This document shows, piece by piece, positions 14,394-26,535 of a stretch of 64,000 nucleotides of DNA. Under the pieces are notes generated by a model. It worked only from the letters and a program-made list of their open reading frames with translations, had not been told where the DNA came from and searched no databases. Each line of letters begins with the position of its first letter. Position 1 is the first letter of the stretch. Origin of the DNA: Hormiphora californensis (Eukaryota; Animalia; Ctenophora); NCBI GenBank assembly GCA_020137815.1, contig CM035354.1:5518001-5582000 (forward strand), given 5' to 3'. Both the position numbers and the translations under genes were made by a program.

Positions 14394-15109
14394 ACCAGTC
14401 ACCCATCTCTTCTCCTGTACATCTCTCTTTTGCTCTCTTTCTATTCTGCCCCTTCCGTTGATGAACCTATAGTACCCTATAGACCTACACCAACACTGTT
14501 TAGTGTTTATTGCATTACACCATCGATCAATTTGATTTCAGCCTACTTATTATAATAGATTGGTAATTCTTCGTGTGCGATCTGATCTTTGAGGACATCA
14601 TAAGAGAGGGGTATAATATCACACCATAATTCTACCCACTTAGTCAAGAGAGAGATGGGGGCCCCCGAATTAGTGGAAGGAGCGGCTGCCATGATACCTC
14701 AAAGATTATTTTGTATGCTAGTAATGACTGTAGTGCTGCACTTCTACCCTCCACTAGGTCTCTCTCCCACCCCTTTCTCTCTCTATATTTCTGTTCATGT
14801 ATCTGTCCCCCCCTCTCTCATTATCCTGTGATTAGCATGAAGATGAAGGTTTATGTATAAAGAATGTATATGGTATTTTGCTTGCTCCAACTTATTCATT
14901 CTTCGTTGAATGTCTCGAACTCCCTATCTCTTTCTCTCTGATTACCAGACCGATGGAACTATTATACGGTAGAACGCCAAAACACACGTCTGTCCTCTAA
15001 TGTACCATTAGCACTCCTTTGTGACTATCGCAGATATTACCCCTATCATCCAACTGGTGCCCCCAGTAGCTACCTTCACACAGTCACCTGTATGTGTTCT
15101 CTCTCTCTG

Positions 15110-15187
<78 letters not shown>

Positions 15188-15477
15188 TCTCTCTCCATAT
15201 ATGTGCTTTAATTTCATTTCTTTCATTATGAAATATCTTTCCGATTTTACTGTAGGACAGATAGTCAGAGAGGCGTTGAGTAAGCGAGAGATATACTAGA
15301 TCTACGCACGAGAGAGTGAAAGAGTGTGTGAATTATTGTATTCTTCGAACGACAGCTACCTGTATGCTAGAATGCACTCTTATATTATGTGGGTAGATAG
15401 AAATTAGAAAACATTTCATAAACTAGAACGATGATCTAAAAAAATTCTGAGATATTTATTATTTCCCATAGTTAGTT

Positions 15478-15487
15478 AGTAGTAGAC

Positions 15488-15521
<34 letters not shown>

Positions 15522-15523
15522 AC

Positions 15524-15554
<31 letters not shown>

Positions 15555-15556
15555 AC

Positions 15557-15608
<52 letters not shown>

Positions 15609-16256
15609 ACGTAGTACTGTGTGATTTTAAATGACTGAGACTGGTATATTGCGAATTGCGTGAAAACTATGGCATCTTTCGACTTCAAATTTTGGGACAT
15701 GATACAACTAGGTTGTAGCAATTTTCTCCTAGTTTTACAGCGAATTTCAATGTTCCTGAATGAATCTATTGCCCAAAAACCTCCTCCAACTTTACACAGT
15801 CATATCTCTGGAGTCTAATGAGATAGAGAGTTCAAATTTTTAGGAGAGACAGATAAGACGATTTCGAATGTTTTGTCTGCTTTACGAGTTGCTACATTTT
15901 ACCATTTGTTCACAGGAACTGTTTAAAGTGATGTAACACGCTCTAATTAGGCCAAATTTAGGTCATTTTACCCCTCAAAGATCACATGTCCAGCTGCATC
16001 TAGTGGGCTAATGAGGCCTTGACCACGCATAAGTAACGTGTTACTGTAGGGCTACAGCTCTCCTTTTCCATCTTGAACCAGCAGACATGATCATGGTGTC
16101 TGGAACTGGTAACAAGCTGTAGAAAACCAGACAGACTAGATGCTCTCTACTTCAACGTATCACTCTCTCCCTTTCTCGTTATAAGGTCACGTGACTGGAA
16201 TTGGGATCTCGACATGATCACAATGTCTACAAAGCGTTCTCTCTCTCACACACACA

Positions 16257-16287
<31 letters not shown>

Positions 16288-16932
16288 CCATGTCGAGATC
16301 CCAATTCCAGTCACGTGACCTTATAACGAGAAAGGGAGAGAGTGATACGTTGAAGTAGAGAGCATCTAGTCTGTCTGGTTTTCTACAGCTTGTTACCAGT
16401 TCCAGACACCATGATCATGTCTGCTGGTTCAAGATGGAAAAGGAGAGCTGTAGCCCTACAGTAACGCGTGACGTATGCGTGTTCAAGGCCTCATTAGCCC
16501 ACTAGATGCAGCTGGACATGTGATCTTTGAGGGGTAAAATGACCTAATTTTGGCCTAATTAGAGCGTGTTACATCACTTTAAACAGTTCCTGTGAACAAA
16601 TGGTAAAATGTAGCAACTCGTAAAGCAGACAAAACATTCGAAATCGTCTTACCTGTCTCTCCTAAAAATTTGAACTCTCTATCTCATTAGACTCCAGAGA
16701 TATGACTGTGTAAAGTTGAAGGAGGTTGTTGGGCAATAGATTCATTCAGGAACATTGAAATTTGCTGTAAAACTAGGAGAAAATTGCTACAACCTAGTTT
16801 TATCATATCCCAAAATTTGAAGTCGAAAGATGCCATAGTTTTCACGCAATTCGCAATATACCAGTCTCAGTCATTTAAAATCACACAGTAGTAGTAGTAG
16901 TAGACGTAGTAGTAGTAGTAGTAGTAGTAGAC

Positions 16933-17005
<73 letters not shown>

Positions 17006-17007
17006 AC

Positions 17008-17056
<49 letters not shown>

Positions 17057-17078
17057 ACGTAGTAGTAGTAGTAGTAGT
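15478..17078. repeat. (GTA)n microsatellite with GAC interruptions, split by a foldback element
   Basis: Same-orientation GTA tracts at 15478-15616 and 16889-17078. Confidence 0.9.
15617..16888. mobile_element. Foldback MITE, 600-bp arms, 72-bp spacer
   Basis: 15617-16216 is the reverse complement of 16289-16888 with few mismatches; ends TA|CTGTGTG...CACACAG|TA. Confidence 0.88.
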
Positions 17079-17136
17079 TACGAAGTCAACCATGTACGCT
17101 GGGGCACTCTCATTACCAAAGAAGTTAGAAGCTATT

Positions 17137-17265
17137 GGTTAGAGGGTATAAGAGGTTAGAGGGTATAAGAGGTTAGAGGGTATATAAGAGGTTAGATGGT
17201 ATAAGAGGTTAGAGAGTATAAGAGGTTAGATGGTACTAAGAGGTTAGAGAGTATAAGAGGTTAGG
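17137..17265. repeat. 17-bp minisatellite GGTTAGAGGGTATAAGA
   Basis: About 7 tandem units. Confidence 0.85.
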
Positions 17266-17771
17266 CCTCTAAACTCTTATCTACCAGCTCTATAGAGCTG
17301 GTAGATAAGATATCGATAACAGTCAGCTACTTTCTGGGGTGGTTGATTGTATATAAAAGCGAAAATGGGAAGTAATTTTGATATCTCCTTCTGGAAGCGA
17401 AAATATTAGGTTTTTGGCTGTCTCACATGGCGGCGCCGATCCGATCTGAGCCCACTATCGAGAATCAAAACGTCTGGCGACGCGAGACAGGTTTTTAGCG
17501 ATCACTTATCCTAGTAATTCAACTACATAATATATGCGCTTTACCGTTGTTTTTAATTTGCATTATGCACATTAGTCAGAAATTATGTGTAATTGCTCAA
17601 GAGGAGTGCATACTGAACTGTCCATTACAGGTTATTATATGTTCTTGAGACGATCACGTGGTTGGCCCCTTGTTCTATTATATATTGGAAGGAGGTTTTG
17701 TTTACCTCTCCCCTTTGATCTCTCTCTCTCTATCTTTCTCTATCTGTCTCTATCTGTCTCTGTTTCTTTCT

Positions 17772-17818
<47 letters not shown>

Positions 17819-17866
17819 TTCTCTCTTCTCTCTCTCTCTCTCTCTCTCTCCCTCTCTCTCTCTCTC

Positions 17867-17955
<89 letters not shown>

Positions 17956-18030
17956 CCATTCTTGTCTAAGCCCAACTCCCATGTTTGTCCTTGTATGGTA
18001 GGTCTTTCAGTGAAGACTTTCATCTTATGG

Positions 18031-18184
18031 TAAAGTCGGATTTTTTGAAACTGTCACCCCAAAATGACCGCGCATGTGAAATTTATCAATTTTGACGCGC
18101 ACACCACACGTTAACATGTGATGTGACGCGCAAAAACATTCCGCGCACGAAAAGGGGGTGACAGTTTCAAAAAATCCGACTTTA
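18031..18184. mobile_element. Small MITE, ~30-bp TIR, TA-flanked
   Basis: TAAAGTCGGATTTTTTGAAACTGTCACCCC...GGGGTGACAGTTTCAAAAAATCCGACTTTA. Confidence 0.8.
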
Positions 18185-18192
18185 TGTGGCAC

Positions 18193-18769
18193 TTGGTTAC
18201 GAAGTCACCCCTATTATTGCATATAGGGGTGACAATACCGCCTACCTAAAAATGAAAATTTACGGGACCTTCTCATAAAAAGTTATCGAAAACTTGTCTA
18301 AAACCTATCTAAAACGTATGGTACTAGTTTGTATAGTAACCAGGACCTGAATTCTACAGAAAGTAACGACCGGTAGCGATTACACCACATGTTTAACAAC
18401 AGAGGTGTGTCGCATAACTCCTTATATGGGCATAAAATTCCAATCTTGTGGAATTTTTTCTGACTCGACTATAGCTTAGTTATCAATGAATCCACCTCTA
18501 ATACCTTTGGAACGGCATTTTGCACATTTCTGAAGGTTTTTGTAGCCAAATTCCAGCATCTTCATAGTTTTCCAAAAACAAAAACAGTGTTAATGGCCAA
18601 AATATCGAAAAATTCCGGTATGTAATGGTAGCTCAGACAATTTCCTCGGTATGTTCAAAAAATTAGAACTTTCTGTTTTGTAGTTTGGACACAGGAATTT
18701 TTTTCCCGCTGTACAAGCGATATTATTACCCCTCCGTGAGCTAGCGCAGAGGGGGAATTTCATTACCAA
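18193..18769. mobile_element. MITE with TTGG...CCAA termini and 9-bp TSD (longest member of micro-element family A)
   Basis: TSD ATGTGGCAC on both sides; ends TTGGTTACGAAGTCACCCC / GGGGGAATTTCATTACCAA. Confidence 0.85.
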
Positions 18770-20148
18770 ATGTGGCACCTATTACGTTTAAATTTCCCAA
18801 ATATATGTAGGCATATAGAAATTAGAAAACATTTTAGAAAACTAGAAAACTATGTTAGAGGGTATAAGAGGTTAGAGAGAATCAGAGGTTAGGGCTCTAA
18901 CCTCTTATCTAGCAGCTCTATAGAGAGAAATTAGAAAACATTTTAGAAAACTAGAAAACTATGTTGTTGGACGAACTTGAAAGCCCACTGAGTTGATGAT
19001 TATTCTCTCTTAGTTCAAGTTATTGGTTACCAAGTCACCCCCAGTACCCCTATTACGCTGTGCACTCGCGTTGAGGGGTAAAATCGTTACCAAAGAAGTT
19101 AGAAGTTAAATCGTTAAGGTTAGAGGGCATTATAGAGCACTTCAAGGGTAGAGATTGGTAACAATCAACTACTTTCTGGGTGACTGCATTATGACATGAT
19201 ACCTAAAGCTTCATTCGTCACCCACCAATCAGTTTATGTAGAGCATGTTACTTCGGCCGCTCCAGCGAGAGCCGCCCGGTGTCGACAGAGGTATCACACT
19301 ACTTCTGGCCTAAAAATTTATTGTAAGGTCTATGTAGCATAAACCTTAGAGCTGTAGCAGGTAGCGATTTGGCTTTGTGTGCATTCTTTAGTCCATGTAT
19401 ACATGCATGCACACCCATATAATTTATTGTTCTGAATAATGTTTATCCATGGTCCAGAACACCTAAATAGCAAGCCAAGTATGTGCTCATATGCTCTTCT
19501 AGGTCAAAACATGTCTAGATAAACTAAAATACTGCCAGAGAGAGACAGACAGGCAGAGAGACAGACAGAGAGGAGAGTGGTAAATTTAGACAGATTAGAA
19601 ATGAAATATTCGCCTAAATTATGTACTCACACATTCCGTGTATAGTGCCGTTGAACTACTTTTGGCTTCCCCTCTCAAAATCTTGAAACCAAATGTACAT
19701 TCAAACCTCAACTTACCGGACCTTGATATAATCACCTTAATGTACCCTGCAAAAAACCTTTCCTCCTCGATGAGTCGATCGTGGTTTGACTGATATAATC
19801 ATATATTATATCTAGGCTACCCTGCATACAAGCACTATAAAATAGACTGTCAATAAAATGAGTTGATAAGTTCCTTCATCACCTATTTTTGTGTGATCTG
19901 CTGTTCAGGCTGTCAATCGAGGCCTTTTGTTGCTTTTGTTGTTGTATATTTCTCCTCGATAGACGTCTATTCATTCTCAGTAAACGCGGCTGTATAATAT
20001 ACGAAACTAACTCGTTTTGTCGATCTTGGTTTATCTACATTTTACTATTTCTACAGTCAAACCGTAGTAGCACATTCTCTCTATCTCTAACTGTAGTTTT
20101 AGAGTCTGCTCTTAGACCTAGAGTCCGTCGGCGAAGAATTCGTTAGAC

Positions 20149-21648
20149 TTAGAGTCCGTCAGCCTTTATAACAGCCTTCTGCTCGACTCCCTTTGTTTCT
20201 TTATTTATCGCGAGGGATCCTGCCAGTGATAGAAGGGCCGCCACCACCAATGTCGCAACTGCCAGCTTCGGGTGTTGCAGGTAGAGGTAGTAAGTAAAGA
20301 ATGAGGAGAATGAACCACCAATTTTCGCACAAAAGTAGATGAAATTGACTGCTGTGCTGCTAATAACAGTGGGGTATATGTCGCCTAGCAATATCCACAT
20401 GAGGCATATAGCAGCGAACTCAGTGCAGTGCACGCAGTACAAGATAACTGAAATTGTGGTGATTGATAGACAGCTGATCATCAGAAGAGCCAGAGCAAGG
20501 AAGTGAATACCTAGAAGCACCCTGAGCGAGTTCTTCCGGCCGATATACTTGCCAACCAGGAGCCCAAGCAAAGCTCCAGGGATTTCAGCTGAGAAGACCA
20601 TGTTATATTCGAGGTAACTGGAGGCTTCCGCAACCACACACCCCACATCTCCAGGATCAGTAGGTGTCATGGTATAGTTGTCAGTAGTGTAGGGAGTTGC
20701 CTCTGTGTAGTCGTTTAAACTTCCGCAACTGGTCGTTTTGCTGAGAATGAGAGGCGCCATATCATCAATCGCAAACACGACATAAAGAAGACCACTGTAA
20801 ATTATTGAAAGAACCAACGTATCCCTTCTAAACTGTGGAATGAACAAATCGGACAGCCGACCTCGAGCCTGATCTTGGAATGTTTCCAAACTCCACTCCG
20901 ATGGGTATTCCACTCCGTTCATTTCAAATAACCACTTCAACGCCGCCTCTGCCGCCCGACGTTCTCCACTAACCACTAAATATCGGGGTGACTCGGGTAT
21001 AAGGAGGAGTCCAGCCAGGGGAATCATCGCAGGAACACACATCAACGCAGAAAACCATCGCCACCCTATGGTACTGAGAAGGGCCCACGCGGAAATTCCC
21101 TGAAAAACAACGCCCAATGTCCAAAACAAGTTTAGACTGGCGGTCCCGAATTCCCTGAACTTAGAGCCAACCACCTCCACGATATACACAAATTCGGTGG
21201 AGACATTTGCACTGATGCACAAACCGGCAATGACCCGGGAAATCAAGTAAATATACTTGTTGGGTGAAACAGCTGTCACCAGTCCGGCTAGGATCATCGT
21301 TGAGAGGGAGATGACAAGGACCCTTTTCCGGCCATATTTATCCGGAGCGGACCCGAACAAGGCACTTCCCAGTGCAAAGGCGATAAACGACGAAGAAGTG
21401 AGCAAAGTTTCAAAAAAGCTGTCTAGGTTCCATTCACACTGTAGTTGTGTAATTGTCAGAGATGTCAGGAGAAGCTGCACTATATCTGCTCCACACGAAA
21501 TAAGGAGGGCTGTCCAAATTGTTATCTGGGCCCAACCAAATCCGAGTTCTTCGTAGTATCTTTCCAGGGGTACGGTGGGTGTCGAGGGGTTTGCCTTGTT
21601 CAGACTCACCCGCTCAGCATCGGAGCAGGCTTCAAATTGTTCTTTCAT
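20149..21648 (-). CDS. MFS transporter, SVOP/SV2-related (SLC22-like), intronless
   Basis: 499-aa ORF with ~12 hydrophobic segments; LGFGWAQ, D-K-Y-G-R-K (motif A), IGWRW, PESPRYL, IGRK, IYPT, KETKG motifs. Confidence 0.93.
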   Translation of the reverse strand: MKEQFEACSDAERVSLNKANPSTPTVPLERYYEELGFGWAQITIWTALLISCGADIVQLLLTSLTITQLQCEWNLDSFFETLLTSSSFIAFALGSALFGSAPDKYGRKRVLVISLSTMILAGLVTAVSPNKYIYLISRVIAGLCISANVSTEFVYIVEVVGSKFREFGTASLNLFWTLGVVFQGISAWALLSTIGWRWFSALMCVPAMIPLAGLLLIPESPRYLVVSGERRAAEAALKWLFEMNGVEYPSEWSLETFQDQARGRLSDLFIPQFRRDTLVLSIIYSGLLYVVFAIDDMAPLILSKTTSCGSLNDYTEATPYTTDNYTMTPTDPGDVGCVVAEASSYLEYNMVFSAEIPGALLGLLVGKYIGRKNSLRVLLGIHFLALALLMISCLSITTISVILYCVHCTEFAAICLMWILLGDIYPTVISSTAVNFIYFCAKIGGSFSSFFTYYLYLQHPKLAVATLVVAALLSLAGSLAINKETKGVEQKAVIKADGL

Positions 21649-22161
21649 CGATTCTCTAGACGAAATAGGTTAAACTATCAGTAAAACGTAAAAAAAGGGG
21701 TCAAGACAGTATACGCCGACGGGTAAACTCATATATTGATGGAAAGGTCTTTGATGATTATTGAGACACCCCCATGGCGCATTAGTAACACGTGCAGATA
21801 TCTATACGAATAGACTCATCGGACATTTTCTGAATAACTACACGTGCCAGATAAACTCGTATTACTCAACTGAACGCTTGAGTATTGAGGGCCCTTCATT
21901 AAAGCCCCCATGTGAAACATAAGTCTATTGAATGCCTTCTATCCAATGTCCTCATGTAAATGATTTACATGAGGGCTTCAATGGGGAGGCGAACTCAGTC
22001 CACACCTTAAGTCTACAATGGACTCTATGAAGTCTAAACAAGTCGGATTCTACAGATTAGTTAGGGCCGTTCTAGATGGGTGTGAGGGTTAGGGTTATGT
22101 TTTAGTTTTAGGCAAGGATTCCTGATTGGGAGTTTTTGCCTAGTATGTACTACCTTTCCAT

Positions 22162-22614
22162 TAGGGGACAGACGGTTTACGATTTTCAAATTCGGTTCGG
22201 TTCGGTTTATCAAGGTCAAAAATTTTTTCGGTTAGCCGTTAGGTTTATTCGTCGGCTGGGTGGTGTAGTGGTAACACACTCGCTTCTCATGCAGAAGGTC
22301 CCGGGTTCGAATCTTGGTTCGGGATCTAATGCAAGCCGTCTAGTTAACCGAGCTATAAATTGGTACAGCTTTGGCTGGAAAGTCACACTCCCCTGCACGT
22401 AGGGTTGGCCTCCTTACTGTAAGTTTAGTACCTCAGTACGGAGTGGCTTAGGGCTATGAATATGAGATAAGCACCGCCGGCTTACCCAGTGATTGGGAGA
22501 GACCCACCACTTGACTTTGACTTTGTTAGGTTTATGAAGAGTAATTTTTTTTCGGTTCGGTTCTGTTCGGTTCTGTTCGGTTCGGTTCGGTTTGGATAAA
22601 CCATTCGTTTCCTA
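22162..22614. mobile_element. hAT-like MITE with (GGTTC)n subterminal repeats, hosting a SINE
   Basis: TAGGGGACAGACGGTTTA...TAAACCATTCGTTTCCTA; 8-bp TSD CTTTCCAT. Confidence 0.72.
22249..22524 (+). mobile_element. tRNA-derived SINE
   Basis: A-box TGGTGTAGTGG, B-box GGTTCGAATC, ~200-bp body, (GACTTT)n tail, 11-bp TSD GTTAGGTTTAT; second copy at 48990-50300 (-). Confidence 0.85.
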
Positions 22615-23373
22615 CTTTCCATATTATTTTTACAATGTACATAAATTGTATGGAATTATAATTTCACAAAGTCGCGGTGTATAATGAACTATTGAATTAT
22701 ATAATTAATGAGACTAGATGAAACGTAAATAGCATTTAAATCCCTTCTCTCAGTACTGCTCTTTAAAAGATAATCTTTTCCCTGATTATCCTGTTCATCG
22801 TCACGTTCACACAGAGATGATATATTTGCCCGGTAAACTACCTAGCAGTCATAATTAATTACTCGACAAACCAACTACATGGCGCTTTTTATATCTATTT
22901 TAGAATTCCCTATCTCTCCTCCTCCTCCTCCTCCATTTTCACATCATTCTCTAATGTTGGTGCTTTTGCATTGCCAATGAGTATTGCCGAAAAAATGCTG
23001 GTCTCAATCACTGCTTTTTCTCGCTTTGCGATTGACCAGCTATAATTTTCTACTCTTTTCGGTGCGTACTTTTCTGACCCCCTCTCTTGCTGTCCTTTGT
23101 TTGGCGAAAAGACTAGCATTATCATTATGATTATAGCGATAGCGATATTATGCAATCAAACGCCATGAAAATTTCTTGTTTTAGAGCCAATTCTAAGTCT
23201 GATATACAGTATACAGTATACTGTACTCGATTTACTGAACCGATTCAGCAGCCACATTAGAATGTTAGGATATATTCCACCTATATGAATAACGTACTGA
23301 ACATCGAACTTCTATGTAACGGGTACCCTCCAAAATTTCTTCCAGCATTAAATCGAGGTTTTATAAAATGAAA

Positions 23374-24203
23374 GGGGGGGGCGACATGTTAATTGTTAAT
23401 AAATCACCTCTTTTTTTCGATTTTGTTAATTAACGTTAATTAACAAAATTAACAAAATTAACAAATGCTAAAAGACTGTTCTTGGTTGATAATACGATTG
23501 ATAATACGACTTTAGCTGGTTTGATTTTATAGTTTAATGACTTACCTAACACTTACATACCCAAACAAGGCCTTTTCCGATAGCCAAAGTCCGACATACA
23601 GGATTTTTGGCTCAAGCCTCAAAATCGATAAAAATCCAAAAGTTCAATTTAGCGTATAAAATCTCACTTTACCGTATTTTTTCATTGGTAATCGATTCTT
23701 TGGACTTAATAAGATGATATACAACGTTTCTGTTGGAAAAAGAAATAAAAATTTTCCAAAATCAATTTTTTGGTCAAAGATTGAAAATTTGCTTCGCTAC
23801 AAATCCTTGTGTTTTTTTAGAAAAATAGATTTATGGGATGTTTTTCGTTTTAAGGTAAATTCATGAGTCTTATTTAGTTTTTAGGGTTGGAAAATGTGGA
23901 TTAGGGTCATTTGACTTCAATTGCGGTTTAGTTTGGCTAGTTTTTATTAAAATTTACACAATTGAACAAATCGCTGTAAAAAAGCCGTAATAGAGGTAGC
24001 GGTGGTATGTAAATCGTGCAGATGGACCAACTTTGCTCACAGAACAAGTGTTAAATACCAAAAATACGTGCTAAAGGGGATTTAGATCGCATAAATGGCA
24101 TTTGTTAACGTTTGTTAACTTTTTGTTAATTTTGTTAATAAATCACCTGTTTTCTCGATGTTAATGTTAACAAAGTTAACAAAATTAACATGTCGCACCC
24201 CCC
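23374..24203. mobile_element. MITE with poly-G/C termini and 8-bp TSD, copy 2
   Basis: Homologous to 11674-12515; TSD AAATGAAA. Confidence 0.85.
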
Positions 24204-24818
24204 AAATGAAATAAAATGAATAATAATATTTCGAGTATTAATGGATTGCAACAATCTTTAACGCATATATTTTAATATATTCCGATCCATAAGTGCTTTT
24301 TATCTTTATTTTTAGGGCTAATTTCTGTAGGCTCCCCCCGGCGGCGCCTGATGGTAGCTGATTGAGTTTGCAGCTTGCGTTAGCATATATAATATATCAC
24401 ACCGCACTATTATATCGCCCTCTATCGCCCCTCAACTGCAGCTGTTTCATTTCTTCGTTAACTCTTGTATTATGTTGGTTTGATACTAACAGTTGAAAAG
24501 TGATATGTAGAACGGACGTCGGACATCAGTCAAACCTCGGATTTAATGCCATGATTTTAGTTTAACTGCATAAAGAGGGCAGAGGAAGCACAAGTGCAAC
24601 ATGGGTTATTTTTCGATTTAACCATTTAAATGTACCCCTTCCCCTTTCCTAAATATTTGACTCGCCTCTTACAGCAAGCATACGGTATGGCCAGTTTAAC
24701 TATCGTTTATAGATCCCGTTTTGACCAACTTTTCTGCTTATCAAATTTCCACAATCTGTATCTGTACTTTCCCATTTATCAGAGTAATGTATATTTAATA
24801 TCCCCCTCTCTCTAGAAC

Positions 24819-25886
24819 ATGTTGATACCAGCAGTAGAGAACTTCCTGGGCTTCGTGACCCTGACCTGTTTCATCTTGGGGACGGTGGGCAACCTGCTGG
24901 CAACGATATACTTTGTCCAGGAGAGGAGGAGAAACAAGCGGAACGACAAGAAGATGTATTTTACAGAGCTGTACCTCTTCATGGCAATCGTTGATTTCGT
25001 CCTCACGGTCACCCTGGTGCCCCTGTTCGAGAATTATTTCACCAACACCCGCTCTGGGAAGCTGTTCAACTGGCAGGGATTCTGTCTGGTGTGGGGGTAC
25101 TTGTGGGAGCTGGCACCCTCTATCTCCGTCTTCCTGGTGGGTGTCCTCTCCTTCTCACGGATGTTAATCCTGGTGGACCCGATGGTGCAACTCCGGGTGA
25201 ACTACCTCCGCTTCCTCATCCTCGCGTATCTCGCCCTCCAGTTTTTTATCAAGTTGTGCCTGTGGTTCAATGACAAACAACCCCTACAAGCGGACAAGAT
25301 CAAGTTTACCAACACCACAGGGTACTGCTACTTCAGTCCCCAGGAAACCATCCTGTGGCAGATCAACGCATTTTTCACAATATTCTCCTTGGGTGCCCCG
25401 GTCATCCCCATCTTTCTCTCCTTCACTGCCTCCCTCATAAAGCTCCGTGAGAGCGCCAAAGCGAGTGCCAGCCAGAACTTTAATAGGGCCGCCCAGACAC
25501 AGGCCACAATCACAATTATAATTGTGACATGTGTCTACCTAGTGTGCAACATCCCTATCTTTATAAACTATCTCTGGTACTCCATCGTCATAATAAAAGA
25601 TGACGAGGACTTCACCATGTACTATGCTGTGTATAGTGGGCCCTTCTTTGGTTGGTTAGTATGGAATATTGCGTATTGTGTCCTGGTTGCTCTTAACTCC
25701 GCCATAAACCCAATGGTGTTCCTCCTTCGAATGAAGCCATTCCAAAACTTCATTTGGGGCTTGTTACGGAAGCAGCAGGACCACGTCCCCGCGTGGCCAG
25801 CTAAATCGGTAATGGGGGGACACCACGGGGGTAACACTGGACAGGGATCGGGGGTGAAGGAAAACATAACAACATCATCTTTCTGA
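24819..25886 (+). CDS. Orphan rhodopsin-like (class A) GPCR, intronless
   Basis: 355 aa, 7 hydrophobic helices, GN in TM1, D in TM2, Cys at top of TM3 and in ECL2, CNIP in TM6, NSAINPMVF in TM7. Confidence 0.9.
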   Translation: MLIPAVENFLGFVTLTCFILGTVGNLLATIYFVQERRRNKRNDKKMYFTELYLFMAIVDFVLTVTLVPLFENYFTNTRSGKLFNWQGFCLVWGYLWELAPSISVFLVGVLSFSRMLILVDPMVQLRVNYLRFLILAYLALQFFIKLCLWFNDKQPLQADKIKFTNTTGYCYFSPQETILWQINAFFTIFSLGAPVIPIFLSFTASLIKLRESAKASASQNFNRAAQTQATITIIIVTCVYLVCNIPIFINYLWYSIVIIKDDEDFTMYYAVYSGPFFGWLVWNIAYCVLVALNSAINPMVFLLRMKPFQNFIWGLLRKQQDHVPAWPAKSVMGGHHGGNTGQGSGVKENITTSSF

Positions 25887-26535
25887 GGAGGGGTGCAGCC
25901 TGAACAATGGACAGTTGTATTATCCATCACATTGTTATAGGACCGGGAGACTCGATATATATCACATTTATTAGCCCCCCGCACGTATTTTATTGTGTGT
26001 AAAAAATGCTGTTGTTTTTTGTTTTTTTCCATGTTTATTACGATATGCTTGTACTATGACCAGGAGAGAAAGAGAGAAAGAGAGAAAGAGTGAAAGAGAG
26101 TGAGAGACCTGAGACAGAGAAGGAGAGAAAGATGGCGGGAGAATATATGCAAGTATGAGGGGGTACAACGTGTGTTGTGCTGGTTCGAATCCCCACTGTC
26201 ACGTGACCTCCATATATGGGCATAAAATGGTATGCATCCGTTGGGGATAGTTTGACGATACGGTCGATTATAACTCTTATATTGCTGACTACCATTTTAA
26301 TCAGAAAACGTGCTGTGCAAATGTTAGAATATTAAAAAAACAAATCTGAAGTTTAAATTCGCCGATTTAACAGTATCACCACCATCCAACTCTGCACGAT
26401 AGTCCAATCTTGGAAGCACTATGGAACGGCTCTTGGAACTACCAAACTGTTTTCAAAGGAGAATACTAAAAAATGAAGTAGGAGGAAGAGAGAGAGATCC
26501 TGAACTGATGGCGATAGAGAGCGTGGTAGTGTGTT

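Noticed and set aside
22254-22325. tRNA gene
   Set aside because: Poor acceptor stem; continues into a SINE body with tail and TSD
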